Shown: one piece after another, positions 11,539 through 22,285 of the stretch
How the letters are laid out: each line of letters opens with the position of its first letter
Position numbering within the stretch: position 1 is the stretch's first letter
Assembly: GCA_040326155.1 (NCBI GenBank)
Contig: JBEQLE010000017.1
Span: 1 to 63,289 of the forward strand
Length of the DNA stretch: 63,289 nt
Direction of reading: 5' to 3'
Source of the DNA: Leptospirales bacterium
GTDB lineage: Bacteria; Spirochaetota; Leptospiria; Turneriellales; JAOUFE01
Made by a program: the position numbers and the translations under genes
The notes under the pieces: generated by a model
Database searches by the model: none
Seen by the model: only the letters and a program-made list of their open reading frames with translations
Told to the model about the DNA's origin: nothing

Positions 11539-12723
11539 ATGATGGAAGAGCAAAAGTCAAAATATTTTACCGGGGAAAACGGACTGCCTCACGAAGGTAG
11601 TTTACATGTTTTCCCTGAGTATTTACTTTTTAAAACCAATAGCGGCGAAGAGATACAAATTGACTACAAGCGTATTGTTCATGTCTCTAAAATTTCCAAT
11701 GAGTTGCATATAGAAATCTCTATTGAGAATGTAAAAAACAACTCTGAAAAAATAATAGTTGAAGGAATCGAGCTTCACGATTCTATATTGAAATACTGGT
11801 CGCACTTTCATTCCGGAATTATAAAGAAAATAGACCATTATATGCATGGTTTATCTCTAAAAAAAGTTGGTATTATTTTTGGTGTCGTTTTTCCGATGGC
11901 GGTTGCTATTTACCTAACTGCTTTTTTTAACTCATATTACTTAATTCCGTTATCATTTGAAAATTCTTTTGGAGATTCCGCGTATCGACAATTGACGGAA
12001 AATTTTGGAGTATGTGAAGATAAAAAGCTCAATAAAGCGGTTGATAAAATATTGCAATCCATACCGGTGGGTAACGAATATGAATACTCGGTAACCATTC
12101 TTGACGTTGACATGGTAAACGCTCTTGCTTTGCCTGGCGGTAGAATTCTAATTTTTCGAAAATTGATTGAAGTCTCAGATACCCCGGAGGAGTTAGCGGC
12201 TGTTCTGGCTCATGAGATCGGTCATATTGAGAAACGCCATACAATGCAGCAACTTGTTAGAACAGCCGGGTTGCATATTGTTATTTCTACTACCATTGGC
12301 GGGTTTGGTGAAACTTTAGAAGTCATTGAGACTGCTACTGAAATCGCGAATTTAATACTGATTTTGAATTTTTCACGTGCTTTTGAATCAGAGGCAGATG
12401 AGGTTGCACTTAATAAACTTGCCGAAGCTGGTTTAGATCCGGCTAATTTTACAATTTTCTTTGAGCGTATGAAACAGCTGGAAGAGGAGATGTATGAAGA
12501 GGCCGAAATTGAAGAAGACAGCTTTTTAAATCAGCTGACTTTTTTAAGTACACACCCTCCGACTAAAAACCGTATAAGTTTAACCCGACAATTTGCTGAA
12601 GATTACAAAGGTAAAAAGTGGGGTCATATTAGAGGAATTCGTCATTGGAAATCTTTGAGCCAACAGTGTGGTTCAAATAAACCGAAAGAAGATAAAGATG
12701 ATGATGACGATTCTTGGTTTTAA
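11539..12723 (+). CDS. M48 family Zn metallopeptidase
   Basis: 'NALALPGG', 'ELAAVLAHEIGH', 'FSRAFESEAD', 'LSTHP'. Confidence 0.92.
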   Translation: MMEEQKSKYFTGENGLPHEGSLHVFPEYLLFKTNSGEEIQIDYKRIVHVSKISNELHIEISIENVKNNSEKIIVEGIELHDSILKYWSHFHSGIIKKIDHYMHGLSLKKVGIIFGVVFPMAVAIYLTAFFNSYYLIPLSFENSFGDSAYRQLTENFGVCEDKKLNKAVDKILQSIPVGNEYEYSVTILDVDMVNALALPGGRILIFRKLIEVSDTPEELAAVLAHEIGHIEKRHTMQQLVRTAGLHIVISTTIGGFGETLEVIETATEIANLILILNFSRAFESEADEVALNKLAEAGLDPANFTIFFERMKQLEEEMYEEAEIEEDSFLNQLTFLSTHPPTKNRISLTRQFAEDYKGKKWGHIRGIRHWKSLSQQCGSNKPKEDKDDDDDSWF

Positions 12724-13490
12724 CTATCTGCATTTAACGTTTCAATGATAAGATCATGAAGGTTGCTGGCTGAAGCGACAATACTGTCCCCTGCTATCGG
12801 GTCTTCCCCGTAATAATCCGTAATAACGCCACCGGCTCCGCGAATAATCGGTATTAGAGCCAGTTTGTCCCAGACAGACATCGCAGGGTCAATCATCACC
12901 TGGGCCTTGTTTATACATAGAAGATAATATCCGTAACAATCTCCCCAGGTTCGTGTAAGGCGGCATCTTTCGACAAGCCGGTCAAAACCTGCACGCGATT
13001 TATACATACTGAAGTCGCGATAATCTGTTGTTAAAATAGTAGCTTCATTCAGACTTACATTTTGGTTTATTTCAATTTTGTTACCATTCAAAAAAGTATT
13101 TTTGTTATCGCCGATTATCATTTCATCCTGGACAGGTAAATAAAGGGCGCCTAAAATCGGTTCGTCGTTTTCGAGCAGGGCGAGCAAAGAACCGAACAGG
13201 GGAGTTTTCGAAATAAAACTTTTCGTCCCGTCAATGGGGTCGATGACCCACTTAAAACGGGCCTTCGGGTTAACATCTTCAAACTCTTCCCCGATAATTC
13301 CGTGATCTGGAAAAACATTATGAATTTGCTCTCGAATAAACATCTCCGTTTGACGGTCGGCGAGCGTAACCGGACTGTCATCTTCTTTACGCTGCACATC
13401 AATGTCTGTATAATAGTGTTCTAAAATAATTTTTCTTGCATCGCGTAACACCGTCTGCGCAAACTCTCCCACATTTCCCAGATCTGCCAT
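12720..13490 (-). CDS. hisN: Inositol monophosphatase family protein, probable histidinol-phosphatase
   Basis: 'SPVT.AD', 'GIIGEE', 'WVIDPIDGTKSF', 'GDCYGY', 'WD..A..PII.GAGG.ITD'. Confidence 0.75.
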   Translation of the reverse strand: MADLGNVGEFAQTVLRDARKIILEHYYTDIDVQRKEDDSPVTLADRQTEMFIREQIHNVFPDHGIIGEEFEDVNPKARFKWVIDPIDGTKSFISKTPLFGSLLALLENDEPILGALYLPVQDEMIIGDNKNTFLNGNKIEINQNVSLNEATILTTDYRDFSMYKSRAGFDRLVERCRLTRTWGDCYGYYLLCINKAQVMIDPAMSVWDKLALIPIIRGAGGVITDYYGEDPIAGDSIVASASNLHDLIIETLNADS

Positions 13491-13700
13491 GTATACAAAT
13501 TGAAAAAACGAGCTACCTTGTCACTTACAATCAAACAATTAAATATTGATATTTCAGGACGAAAAATTTCAGAAAAACTATTATGTCTAAAATTTATTGT
13601 TGTCATAACAAATAAAATTAATAAAATGCCTCAAGAATAAATGACGTTTCCCGGCTTATTTGTCATACTAGAAACTCAAAATGGATGGAATTTAATTATT

Positions 13701-14516
13701 ATGCAAAATGAATCTTTAATCTCTATTATAGCCCCTGTTGTCGAATCTGTCGACAATATGAATCTTAAAAAAGTACTGAAGGATAGCCTGACAAAGTCTA
13801 AAAAGTCACTTACTAATATTGACAATTGTTTTCATCGTCTGTCATCTGGTCCATGGGATGTGGAGACAATGCGTAAGTTTTTTCACGTCTGGAAGTTAAC
13901 ACATTTAAAGATGTTGCCTATATATGGACTCTCCTGTCGTATTTTAAAAATGGCTACGGACTCTCCAAATGGCAGTCGCAATGACTATTTTATGGCTGCA
14001 ACAAAAAATGCCGAAACAAGTTACCAGGACTTGAATATCGATGGGCATGAAATTGATGGTGACATGAAAACTCATTCAGATCTATACAATGATCTGGCCA
14101 ATGAAATCTGTGACGGTGACTCTTGGCAACTAAAACAGTATTCTACCAAACCGGCATTGGCATTCTCAAAGTGGATATATGGAAACATGGTATACCAGGA
14201 TGTCGAAATCGGGTTGTTTACAAACCTTTTTTCAGAAATTTTTAACCATGGAGAATACACTATTGCCTTACATTCGTTTCGCACCTTTTTGCAGGAGCAA
14301 AAGGGGTATGACAAACAAAAGAGTGACCAACTTGCATTGTATATAAAATGTCATGTGACCAGCGGCGTTGAAGTCGATCATTTTCACTGCGTGGCAAGTT
14401 CATTAGTGCATATCGAAAACGCGAAAAAAAGCAAAATGGATTATTCAAAAGCAGAAGATATTTTTTGTAATTATCTTAATAAAATAGGGGCCGTTTTAGA
14501 TCCCCTTTTCAGATAA
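13701..14516 (+). CDS. Putative heme-oxygenase-like diiron oxidase (HDO fold)
   Basis: Helical protein with spaced metal-ligand candidates 'ETSYQD...THSDLY', 'FSE', 'HVTSGVEVDH'; start uncertain (13641, 13701 or 13758). Confidence 0.55.
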   Translation: MQNESLISIIAPVVESVDNMNLKKVLKDSLTKSKKSLTNIDNCFHRLSSGPWDVETMRKFFHVWKLTHLKMLPIYGLSCRILKMATDSPNGSRNDYFMAATKNAETSYQDLNIDGHEIDGDMKTHSDLYNDLANEICDGDSWQLKQYSTKPALAFSKWIYGNMVYQDVEIGLFTNLFSEIFNHGEYTIALHSFRTFLQEQKGYDKQKSDQLALYIKCHVTSGVEVDHFHCVASSLVHIENAKKSKMDYSKAEDIFCNYLNKIGAVLDPLFR

Positions 14517-15544
14517 TGGTTTCTGGCGCAAGGACAACCATCCTGAAACTCCAATATATGAATAGAAAGTTTAAGCATTATCAATACGCTATGGCGTACG
14601 CCGTTCAGTATCAAAAAGAGTTGTTTGCTTATGCCAGAGACCGGCAAAAGAAGAATCTTCCCGTATCTGATCAAGATTACCCAAATGTGGTAATCCACTT
14701 ATCGGTTACGAACCCAACAATGGCCCCACTGCTGATGATCGGTGGAATGGGCCCCTTAGCCGGTATTCAAGGTTTTAAAAAGGCTTGCAGCAGGTTTAAA
14801 AACTCACGAGATATTATATTATATCAGATATGCAATACGCCTTGTCGAACAAAAGCGATTGAAGAAAGCATAAAATCGAACGATGTTCTTTTTTTCAACA
14901 AAAACATGGTAGTTCAAGCACTGGTAAATGCCATCGTAAAAGGCCAGACATTTTTTACAAACGATTTACTACCGGTTGATGTTATGGTATTATGCAATAC
15001 CGCTCATCATTTTTTGAAAGAAGTAAAAACAGTTTTAAAGAAGAATCATTTTCCCGTTTATCGCAAAATAAAAATTCAATCTTTAATCGATTCTGCCATA
15101 AACAAAACAATCGCTACTTCCGAAAGAGATGTTCTAATTTTATCTTCCAATGGAACCCGGCAAAGTAAATTATACACAAAAAGGTTGCAACAAAACAGTA
15201 TAAAATTTCATGAACCTGACGAAATTTTGCAACAGCATCTGGGAAAAACAATTTCTCGCGGCATGAAAGGTTTTGAAAATAATTATGCTTTGCATCAAGG
15301 TGAAAAATTTTTTGGAATAATAAAAGCTCAGTATCCGGGTATAAACACGCTATTGGCAGGTTGTACGGAGATACCTCTGATTATGAATTTGCTCAAACAA
15401 AACGGAAGACACGATACGCGAGAATTTCTTACAGGTATTGAGGTTATCGACCCTGTTACCGAAGCTCTGGAAGACACCAGTTATTTTCAACAAAAAAATT
15501 GTAAAAGCTATAAAAAATATGGAAACTATCGTAGATTATATTGA
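14516..15544 (+). CDS. Aspartate/glutamate racemase family protein
   Basis: 'IGGMGPLAG', 'LCNTAH', 'AGCTEIPL' (both catalytic Cys), 'IDP'; start overlaps the upstream stop (TAATG). Confidence 0.85.
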   Translation: MVSGARTTILKLQYMNRKFKHYQYAMAYAVQYQKELFAYARDRQKKNLPVSDQDYPNVVIHLSVTNPTMAPLLMIGGMGPLAGIQGFKKACSRFKNSRDIILYQICNTPCRTKAIEESIKSNDVLFFNKNMVVQALVNAIVKGQTFFTNDLLPVDVMVLCNTAHHFLKEVKTVLKKNHFPVYRKIKIQSLIDSAINKTIATSERDVLILSSNGTRQSKLYTKRLQQNSIKFHEPDEILQQHLGKTISRGMKGFENNYALHQGEKFFGIIKAQYPGINTLLAGCTEIPLIMNLLKQNGRHDTREFLTGIEVIDPVTEALEDTSYFQQKNCKSYKKYGNYRRLY

Positions 15545-16979
15545 AAAACAATCCCGATTGTTTCCACGTAAAATTTTTATTACAGAAAACAATGTATCTA
15601 TTCGTTTCTCGGAATTTTCTTCTCTTGTAAAAAAGGTCTGCTTTTTCTTTCAACAAAAGGGGGTAAAAAAAGGGCAGAGAATTATTCTCTATATACATAA
15701 TCGTACAAACCACACTTTGAGTTATTTTGCCGCAATGTCGATGGGCGCGATACCGGTCCATGTTTATCCGGAAAAACACTGGGACTACATTGAATATGCG
15801 TCAAACCAAACCGGGGCGTCGATGGTTATTACTGACCGGGGGTTTCCCGATAAAAGTTTTAACCTGCCCGATATTTACCAATGTCCCGAGCTCGATAAAA
15901 ATTCGCCGGAATATTCCAGTAAAGAACGCTCCGAAATAGCGTACATGATGTTCACAAGCGGCACAACAGGCAAACCCAAAGCCGTTATGACCACACACGA
16001 GAATATTTTATTTGTAACAAAAACAATCATTAAAATTGCTGGTATGAATTCCAATGAAAAAGAGATAATTTTTTTACCATTAGGTTCTACCGGGGGTCTG
16101 GGGCACCTTCATTGTTGTCTTTTTTTAGGCAATCACGCATTATTTCTTTCAAAGTTTTTCATGTCCTTGAATGACGAAGACCTAAACGAGATGCTTACTA
16201 TAATCGATTCTGAAAAAGTTACCGGTTTTCTGGCCACTCCCATGATTATACAAAAACTGGTTCAAAATCATAAAACCAAATTTATACGTGTCGCAAAAAA
16301 TTTGAAATATCTTCTGGCTAATATTCATCCAATGAAAGAAGATCGTATTATAGAGCTTCTTAAACTGCTTCCCCATACACGTTTTGCCATGTATTATGGA
16401 TTAACCGAAGCAAGTCGTAGTGTTTATAATATATATAATCAGACAAAGAAATATTCAAAAACAGGTCACGCCGCAGAAGGTGTCTCTTTAAAAATAGCAA
16501 ACCCTGACTTCAAAACCGGTTTTGGCGAAGTTTTAATAAAGGGCGGCAACGTCGCAAAAGGGTATTGGGGAAAAACGAACAGTATGCTAAATGAACAAGG
16601 GTGGTTTGCTTCGGGGGACATTGGCTCTATTGACACCGATGGGTTTCTTACGATACATGGAAGGGTGCGAGAAATGATAAATGTGGCCGGCATGAAGGTC
16701 ACCCCTTCTGAAATTGAAACGGTTCTAAATGCATGTGCGGGAGTTGCCGAGTCGGCCGTCGTCGGGGTGGAGGATAATTTAACATATCATAAAATCTGCG
16801 CAGCAATTGTTATAAAAGACAACGTACATAAAGAAAGTTTTGCAAAAGAACTGGATGGGTACCTGAACGAAAAACTGGAATATTATAAAAAGCCGGTCCA
16901 AATAATATACGTCGAACAATTACCAAAAACAGAACTCGGTAAAACCCTGCGCGCAAAAGTAAAAGAGTATTTCATTTAA
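15519..16979 (+). CDS. Class I adenylate-forming enzyme (acyl-CoA/AMP ligase)
   Basis: 'MFTSGTTGKPK', 'YGLTEA', 'GWFASGDIG', 'GR...MINVAG.KV.P.EIE', 'LPKTELGK'. Confidence 0.92.
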   Translation: METIVDYIEKQSRLFPRKIFITENNVSIRFSEFSSLVKKVCFFFQQKGVKKGQRIILYIHNRTNHTLSYFAAMSMGAIPVHVYPEKHWDYIEYASNQTGASMVITDRGFPDKSFNLPDIYQCPELDKNSPEYSSKERSEIAYMMFTSGTTGKPKAVMTTHENILFVTKTIIKIAGMNSNEKEIIFLPLGSTGGLGHLHCCLFLGNHALFLSKFFMSLNDEDLNEMLTIIDSEKVTGFLATPMIIQKLVQNHKTKFIRVAKNLKYLLANIHPMKEDRIIELLKLLPHTRFAMYYGLTEASRSVYNIYNQTKKYSKTGHAAEGVSLKIANPDFKTGFGEVLIKGGNVAKGYWGKTNSMLNEQGWFASGDIGSIDTDGFLTIHGRVREMINVAGMKVTPSEIETVLNACAGVAESAVVGVEDNLTYHKICAAIVIKDNVHKESFAKELDGYLNEKLEYYKKPVQIIYVEQLPKTELGKTLRAKVKEYFI

Positions 16980-17063
16980 ACTGTTTTTTTTCCTTCTTGC
17001 GCATCTGATACGGTATAGTAGTCGTGTCATGCATATCAACAATGAAAACCGATAGGAAACAGA

Positions 17064-17675
17064 ATGCCCAGTGTGTATGAATTAAAATCAAAATTCCAGA
17101 ACCTCTTGCGACCCCTCGTTCGCATGTTACACAGTATTGGAATTACTGCAAACCAGGTAACCATATTTGCCATTTTCATCTCTTTAGCGACCGGACTGGC
17201 TTTGTATTTTATAGATTCCGTACTTATATATTCAATAGTACCGGTGGCACTGTTTATCCGTATGGCGCTAAATGCTATCGATGGAATGCTCGCGCGAGAG
17301 TTTAAGCAAGCATCGAAAACCGGGGCCATACTAAACGAACTCGGGGATGTCTTTTCCGATATATTTATCTATTTTCCGTTTGCCTATATACCCGGAGCCG
17401 AACCGTCTTTAGTCGCCCTGTTTTTATTCACAGCTATTATCGGCGAAATGACCGGAGTCATCTCAGTTCAGATTGGAGCGTCACGACGTTATGACGGCCC
17501 AATGGGTAAAAGTGACCGAGCCTTTGTTTTTTCCATCTTGTCTATTGTGCTGGCTTTTGGAATTTCTCCGCAACGGTGGTTCGACTTAACTTTTTTAGTT
17601 TTACTTGTTTTATCGTTGTACACCATATTGAACCGAGCTGTAAAAGCTTTAAAAGAAGTTAAAGAAGGAAGTTAA
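17064..17675 (+). CDS. CDP-alcohol phosphatidyltransferase (YnbA-like)
   Basis: 'RMALNAIDGMLARE...GAILNELGDVFSD', 'RRYDGPMGKSDRA'. Confidence 0.9.
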   Translation: MPSVYELKSKFQNLLRPLVRMLHSIGITANQVTIFAIFISLATGLALYFIDSVLIYSIVPVALFIRMALNAIDGMLAREFKQASKTGAILNELGDVFSDIFIYFPFAYIPGAEPSLVALFLFTAIIGEMTGVISVQIGASRRYDGPMGKSDRAFVFSILSIVLAFGISPQRWFDLTFLVLLVLSLYTILNRAVKALKEVKEGS

Positions 17676-18623
17676 ATGAGCAATATTATATCAGGTCTGC
17701 CGATCAATGTATTTTACACAATTATTGGGATTTTTGCATTCTTAATATTGGCTACCATAATTACTTTTATTTTACCAGTCCTAAAACCCGATGGTAATTT
17801 TAAGGAGCTGAAACAGCGAATTAAATCGTGGTGGGTAATGATCATTGTGTTTTCCATTGCCATCGCCATCTCTCGAAAAATATCTTTTGCTTTTATGGGT
17901 TTGGTCAGCTTTCTGGCGCTCAAAGAGTATTTAACCATTATACCCACCCGTATGGCCGATCGCAGGGTTTTACTTTTTGCCTATCTTTCTATTCCGATAC
18001 AGTTTTACTGGATAGCTACCGGCTGGTATGGAATGTTTATTATTTTTATTCCGGTCTATGTCTTTCTTTTTTTGCCAATCGTTATGGTCATTATCGGAGA
18101 AACGGAGGGTTTTTTAAAAGCGGTTGGTAGCATCCAGTGGGGTCTAATGACAATGGTTTTTAGTTTAAGCCATATGAGTTATTTGCTGGTGTTGCCGCCC
18201 GAAAATAATCCAAATGGGGGCAGCGTCGGACTACTGCTTTTTCTTGTTTTACTGACCCAGTCGAACGATATTTTTCAATACATTTCGGGTAAGCTTTTTG
18301 GCAAAAGAAAAATTATTCCAAAGGTAAGCCCGAACAAAACCTGGGAAGGGTTCCTGGGAGCCCTGGCAATTACCATGTTAAACTCATATTTGCTTTCGCC
18401 GGTTTTGACCCCATTCAATGTGTATGAATCACTTCTTCTTGGGGCGTTACTCGCCACCATGGGATTTTTTGGCGACTTGGTTGTATCAGCAATAAAACGT
18501 GACTTACATATTAAAGACACGGGAGATATAATTCCGGGACATGGAGGGGTGCTTGATCGCATCGACAGTTTAATTTATACCGCTCCGGTTTTTCTCCATT
18601 TTACAAGGTATTTTTATTATTAA
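17676..18623 (+). CDS. Phosphatidate cytidylyltransferase (CdsA/YnbB-like)
   Basis: 'SPNKTWEG', 'SAIKRDL.IKD.G.IIPGHGGVLDRIDS'. Confidence 0.92.
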   Translation: MSNIISGLPINVFYTIIGIFAFLILATIITFILPVLKPDGNFKELKQRIKSWWVMIIVFSIAIAISRKISFAFMGLVSFLALKEYLTIIPTRMADRRVLLFAYLSIPIQFYWIATGWYGMFIIFIPVYVFLFLPIVMVIIGETEGFLKAVGSIQWGLMTMVFSLSHMSYLLVLPPENNPNGGSVGLLLFLVLLTQSNDIFQYISGKLFGKRKIIPKVSPNKTWEGFLGALAITMLNSYLLSPVLTPFNVYESLLLGALLATMGFFGDLVVSAIKRDLHIKDTGDIIPGHGGVLDRIDSLIYTAPVFLHFTRYFYY

Positions 18624-18640
18624 ATTCACTATTAAATTTA

Positions 18641-18731
18641 GGCAGGCGACGTCTCGTGATTTCAAGTAGAGTAAAGGTTTTTGGCCGAGGCCAAAAAATA
18701 GTCAAAAGGTTCGTCCTGCGGAATGCTACCG
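18641..18731. repeat. Intergenic motif copy B with internal hairpin
   Basis: Shares blocks with 4352-4427; contains TTTTTGGCC-GA-GGCCAAAAA. Confidence 0.55.
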
Positions 18732-18786
18732 AAATATTTCTAAGTATGAATTGTATAAAGTTTAACGATAAAGAAAGAGGGAATAT

Positions 18787-19425
18787 ATGGCTGGAATAAT
18801 TAAAATAGTGTTTTTTCTTTTGTTTGTAAAGCCGCTGGCGTTAATTGTCATTGGGCTGAGTATTCGTAATAAAGAACTTTTGCCTGTAAAGGGTCCGGCT
18901 ATTATTGCGGCGAACCACAACAGCCATTTAGATACGCTGGTTTTGCTCTCTTTATACCCGCTGTCTAAAATTTCCAGGGTTCGTCCGGTAGCAGCGCAAG
19001 ATTACTTTTTTCAAAATCGGGCGTTGAAATGGTTTGCATTATACATTATGGGCATTTTGCCTATCGCGCGAAAAGTGGAAAGGGGTGGCCCCGACCCGTT
19101 GGAGATCTGCGACAAAGCTTTAGCAAATGACCAGATCTTAATTATATTCCCGGAGGGCTCGAGGGGCAAACCTGAGAAAATCTCGGAATTTAAAAATGGT
19201 CTGGCAAAACTTGTACATCGCAATCCAAATGCGTCGGTTACACCTGTATTTCTCGATGGGCTTGGAAAAAGTCTTCCGAAAGGGGCTTTCTTGCCGGTTC
19301 CTTTCTTTTGCCATGTCAACGTCGGTGAAAAAATACATTGGGAAGGGCACCGTAAAAAATTTACAGATAAAGTTTTTACCAGTATCACAAATATGGCTAA
19401 GGAACGTTCGCTGCCAGTTTGGTAG
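18787..19425 (+). CDS. Lysophospholipid acyltransferase (PlsC family)
   Basis: 'ANHNSHLD' (HxxxxD), 'IFPEGSRG'. Confidence 0.92.
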   Translation: MAGIIKIVFFLLFVKPLALIVIGLSIRNKELLPVKGPAIIAANHNSHLDTLVLLSLYPLSKISRVRPVAAQDYFFQNRALKWFALYIMGILPIARKVERGGPDPLEICDKALANDQILIIFPEGSRGKPEKISEFKNGLAKLVHRNPNASVTPVFLDGLGKSLPKGAFLPVPFFCHVNVGEKIHWEGHRKKFTDKVFTSITNMAKERSLPVW

Positions 19426-19434
19426 AAACGATTT

Positions 19435-19548
19435 GTAATACCATGAAACGAGCCCCCTGAAAACGACGTTTTTTGGGGGGCTATTAAACTTTAAACGAAA
19501 GTCGAACGAAGCGGCACAAAAAAACCATAGGATTTTTTTGTGAACTAA
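19435..19548 (-). repeat. ~112-bp two-hairpin repeat, copy 1
   Basis: Reverse complement matches 47859-47969 and 47970-48079. Confidence 0.85.
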
Positions 19549-19619
19549 CAAAAGAAGTGTTTACCAGTATTACAGACATGGCCAATGAACGCTCCTTACC
19601 AGTCTGGTAGAAACGATTT

Positions 19620-19732
19620 GCAATACCATGAAACGAGCCCCATAAAAACGACGTTTTTTTGGGGCTATTAAACTTTAAACAACAATCGAACGAAGCGACA
19701 CAAAATAACCGAAGGATTATTTTGTGCACTAA
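19620..19732 (-). repeat. ~112-bp two-hairpin repeat, copy 2
   Basis: Same family as copy 1, with a compensatory change in hairpin 1. Confidence 0.85.
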
Positions 19733-19830
19733 CGAAACGACGTTTTTTTTTGTGCAACGAATACAGTCAAAAAGTATTTGTCATAGTAGCCATATCTTAT
19801 AAATTGCAACCGAATTCAGTGTAATTCAAT

Positions 19831-20796
19831 ATGAAATTCGTTTCGGAGAAAAATATGTATATTCGATTAAAAAAATGGACAGCAATTATTATATTTTCAG
19901 CTTCAGCAGTATTAACCCCGCTTACTGCCGAACAGAGTGAACAACCAATGAGTGAGCAAGAGTGGAACCAGATGAATGCGGCTATGGAAAAGAAAATTGC
20001 CAGGTTTAAGTATAAAACCGGTACAATTCAAATCGGGGACAATCTGGCTACGGTTCATATTCCAAAAGGGTATAAGTATTTAGGAGCAGCTGATAGTCGA
20101 TATATTATCGAAGATTACTGGGGAAATTATCCAGATGAGAGTGTTTTAGGTATGTTGTTTTTAGACAACGAATCGCCTTTGAATGGCAAAAATAGTTACT
20201 CGGTAGTGTTGGCTTTCACGGAAGAAGGTTACATTGACGATGAAGATGCCCAAGATCTCGATTACGATGAATTACTAGAACAGATGCAAGAAGATTCCGC
20301 AGAGTTTAATAAGCAATTAGTGGAAGAGGGTTATGCTAAAACGTATTTAATTGGTTGGGCTCAAAAACCTTATTATGACTCGGTAAATAAAAAACTGCAC
20401 TGGGCTAAAGAGGTTGCTTTTGAGGGACAACCGACAAATACATTGAATTACGATATTCGAATTCTCGGTCGTCACGGGGTTCTTAGTCTAGTCATTATAA
20501 GTGATATTGGCTCACTTGCCACGGTAAAATCGGACATTAATATTATATTAGAATCGACAGACTTTAATGAAGGTCAACGGTATGAAGATTATGAAGAAGG
20601 TGTGGACAGTGTCGCAGCTTACGGCTTAGGAGCATTGGTCGCCGGTAAGGTGTTGTCGAAAGTGGGGCTTTTTGCTCTTCTTGGAAAATTTGGTAAAATT
20701 ATTATTGCTGGTTTAATTGCCGCAGGTATAATGATTAAAAAATTCTTTTTCGGAAGCAAAGAAGAGAAAGTGAAATCCATTGAGAAAGCGGATTAA
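19831..20796 (+). CDS. DUF2167 family membrane-anchored protein
   Basis: 'GYIDDEDA..LDYDELL', 'IGWAQKPYYD...KLHWAKE', 'LNYDIRILGR.GV', 'VAAYGLGALVAG'. Confidence 0.9.
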   Translation: MKFVSEKNMYIRLKKWTAIIIFSASAVLTPLTAEQSEQPMSEQEWNQMNAAMEKKIARFKYKTGTIQIGDNLATVHIPKGYKYLGAADSRYIIEDYWGNYPDESVLGMLFLDNESPLNGKNSYSVVLAFTEEGYIDDEDAQDLDYDELLEQMQEDSAEFNKQLVEEGYAKTYLIGWAQKPYYDSVNKKLHWAKEVAFEGQPTNTLNYDIRILGRHGVLSLVIISDIGSLATVKSDINIILESTDFNEGQRYEDYEEGVDSVAAYGLGALVAGKVLSKVGLFALLGKFGKIIIAGLIAAGIMIKKFFFGSKEEKVKSIEKAD

Positions 20797-20822
20797 GAAC
20801 AAAACATATATCACGGGATTGT

Positions 20823-22213
20823 ATATGAATACAAACAAAATTAGAAACTTGAGTCTTTCGTTACTTGGTTTGGTTTTCATTTCGGGTATAATTGGTTTAT
20901 ATGGCGAAGGCGAAGAAAAACCGAAAATTACACTTGGTAAAAAAGTGGAAGGCTGCCAGAGGTTTGAAACAATTCGAATAAGTGGGAACGACTACATATT
21001 GACGAAATCTTATAATTATAAACCCCTTGTTTATAATTATAAAGAAGGTAAACTTCTGACGCTGCCGACTATTGAGCAGATTGATGGAATCGCGAAGCCG
21101 ATAAATATTACTTCGTCGGGCGCCCAACGGCAGGCTGATTATTCGGGGGCAAAACTTCGCGGCGAGCATTTTTCGTATTATCAAAAAAACCCGGTATATT
21201 ACGATGGGGAAAATAGTGTCGCTGGAATTCTACTCAACAAGAAAGGGTATGAAAAAGTTTCGGAACCGAAGTGCTCTTGTGAAGACACCGCAAAATTTAT
21301 TGAAAAGTATCAGAGGTATTATTGCTATACATGCAAGGAATATGTGGCTGAGAAAACCTATATTGAGGAATCTTTTACACAGTATTATGTACATATTGAT
21401 TTAAAAACAAAAAAAGTTCTGTGGCAGGCCAAATTAGGCAATGAAGATAAATACCTGGGAATGTTAGGGGTAGACCCTCAGAGAGAATATCTTTATTATA
21501 CAACGCAGTTGTACATCAGCTCCAAAGAAGTGAAGAGTTCGGGAAAAACTGAACTGCGAAGATTGAACTTAAAAACGCATAAGGTTGAACTTGTAACCAA
21601 AATTAGCTTTCCCATTCGAGAGAAAGGAAAGGTTCCACCATCATATGGAACTCACTATTATATTTCGCCAGATTTTAAATTTGCAATTTTCTGGGAATAC
21701 GATGAGCTTCACGATATAAAAAACCGAAAAGGGTATTTAAATGCACCGGGGGCGCAGGCTGTAGCGGTTGACTTAAAAAACAACACTCAGTTTAGTTTTG
21801 ATTATACTCCCGTTGCTTATGGACGTTTTTACAATGAAGAAACCGGTGAGTTTTTTGTTGAAAATTACCAGACTGGTGAGTTTTTCAAGGTCGATATGGC
21901 CGAGAAAAAGTTAAAGTTGATTAAAAACCTGGGTAAAGGGCATTTTACCTTTGTGCTGAGTCCGAAGAAAAAATTCGTATATGCATTTTCTAAATCGATT
22001 ATCGATGTGTACTCCTGGCCTTCCATGGACAGGGTTGAGCAGATTAAATACGATTCACTTTTTCCAGGTGTGAACATACTGTTAGTTGTTGAAAAGATGT
22101 TTGTCTCATCGAATGGCGAGTTTGCCCTTATGGGAATATTTAAGAATGACGGGGCGAAGTGGTCTTCTACCGACTTGGATGGCGGTTTTCAAATTTTACA
22201 TTTTGGCGGGTAG
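20823..22213 (+). CDS. Exported hypothetical protein, probable beta-propeller with small Cys-rich insert
   Basis: Long ORF, signal peptide after ATG 20823, beta-rich, 'CSC...YYCYTC'. Confidence 0.55.
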
Positions 22214-22219
22214 GCGTAT

Positions 22220-22270
22220 AAAATTCGGCGATGTGTAAAATACAACATCAGTTACACTTCGCCGAATTTT
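22220..22270. terminator. Bidirectional terminator-like hairpin
   Basis: AAAATTCGGCGA..TCGCCGAATTTT between convergent stop codons. Confidence 0.65.
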
Positions 22271-22285
22271 CAATCGCGGTTTTAA

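Larger units (their letters stand above)
19370..19732 (+). repeat. Diverged ~185-bp tandem duplication (acyltransferase 3' end + structured repeat)
   Basis: 19370-19548 realigns with 19555-19732. Confidence 0.9.

Noticed and set aside
19370..19732. Diversity-generating retroelement TR/VR pair (also considered for 48091/51557 and 56669/61261)
   Set aside because: Differences are not adenine-specific and no reverse transcriptase is present.
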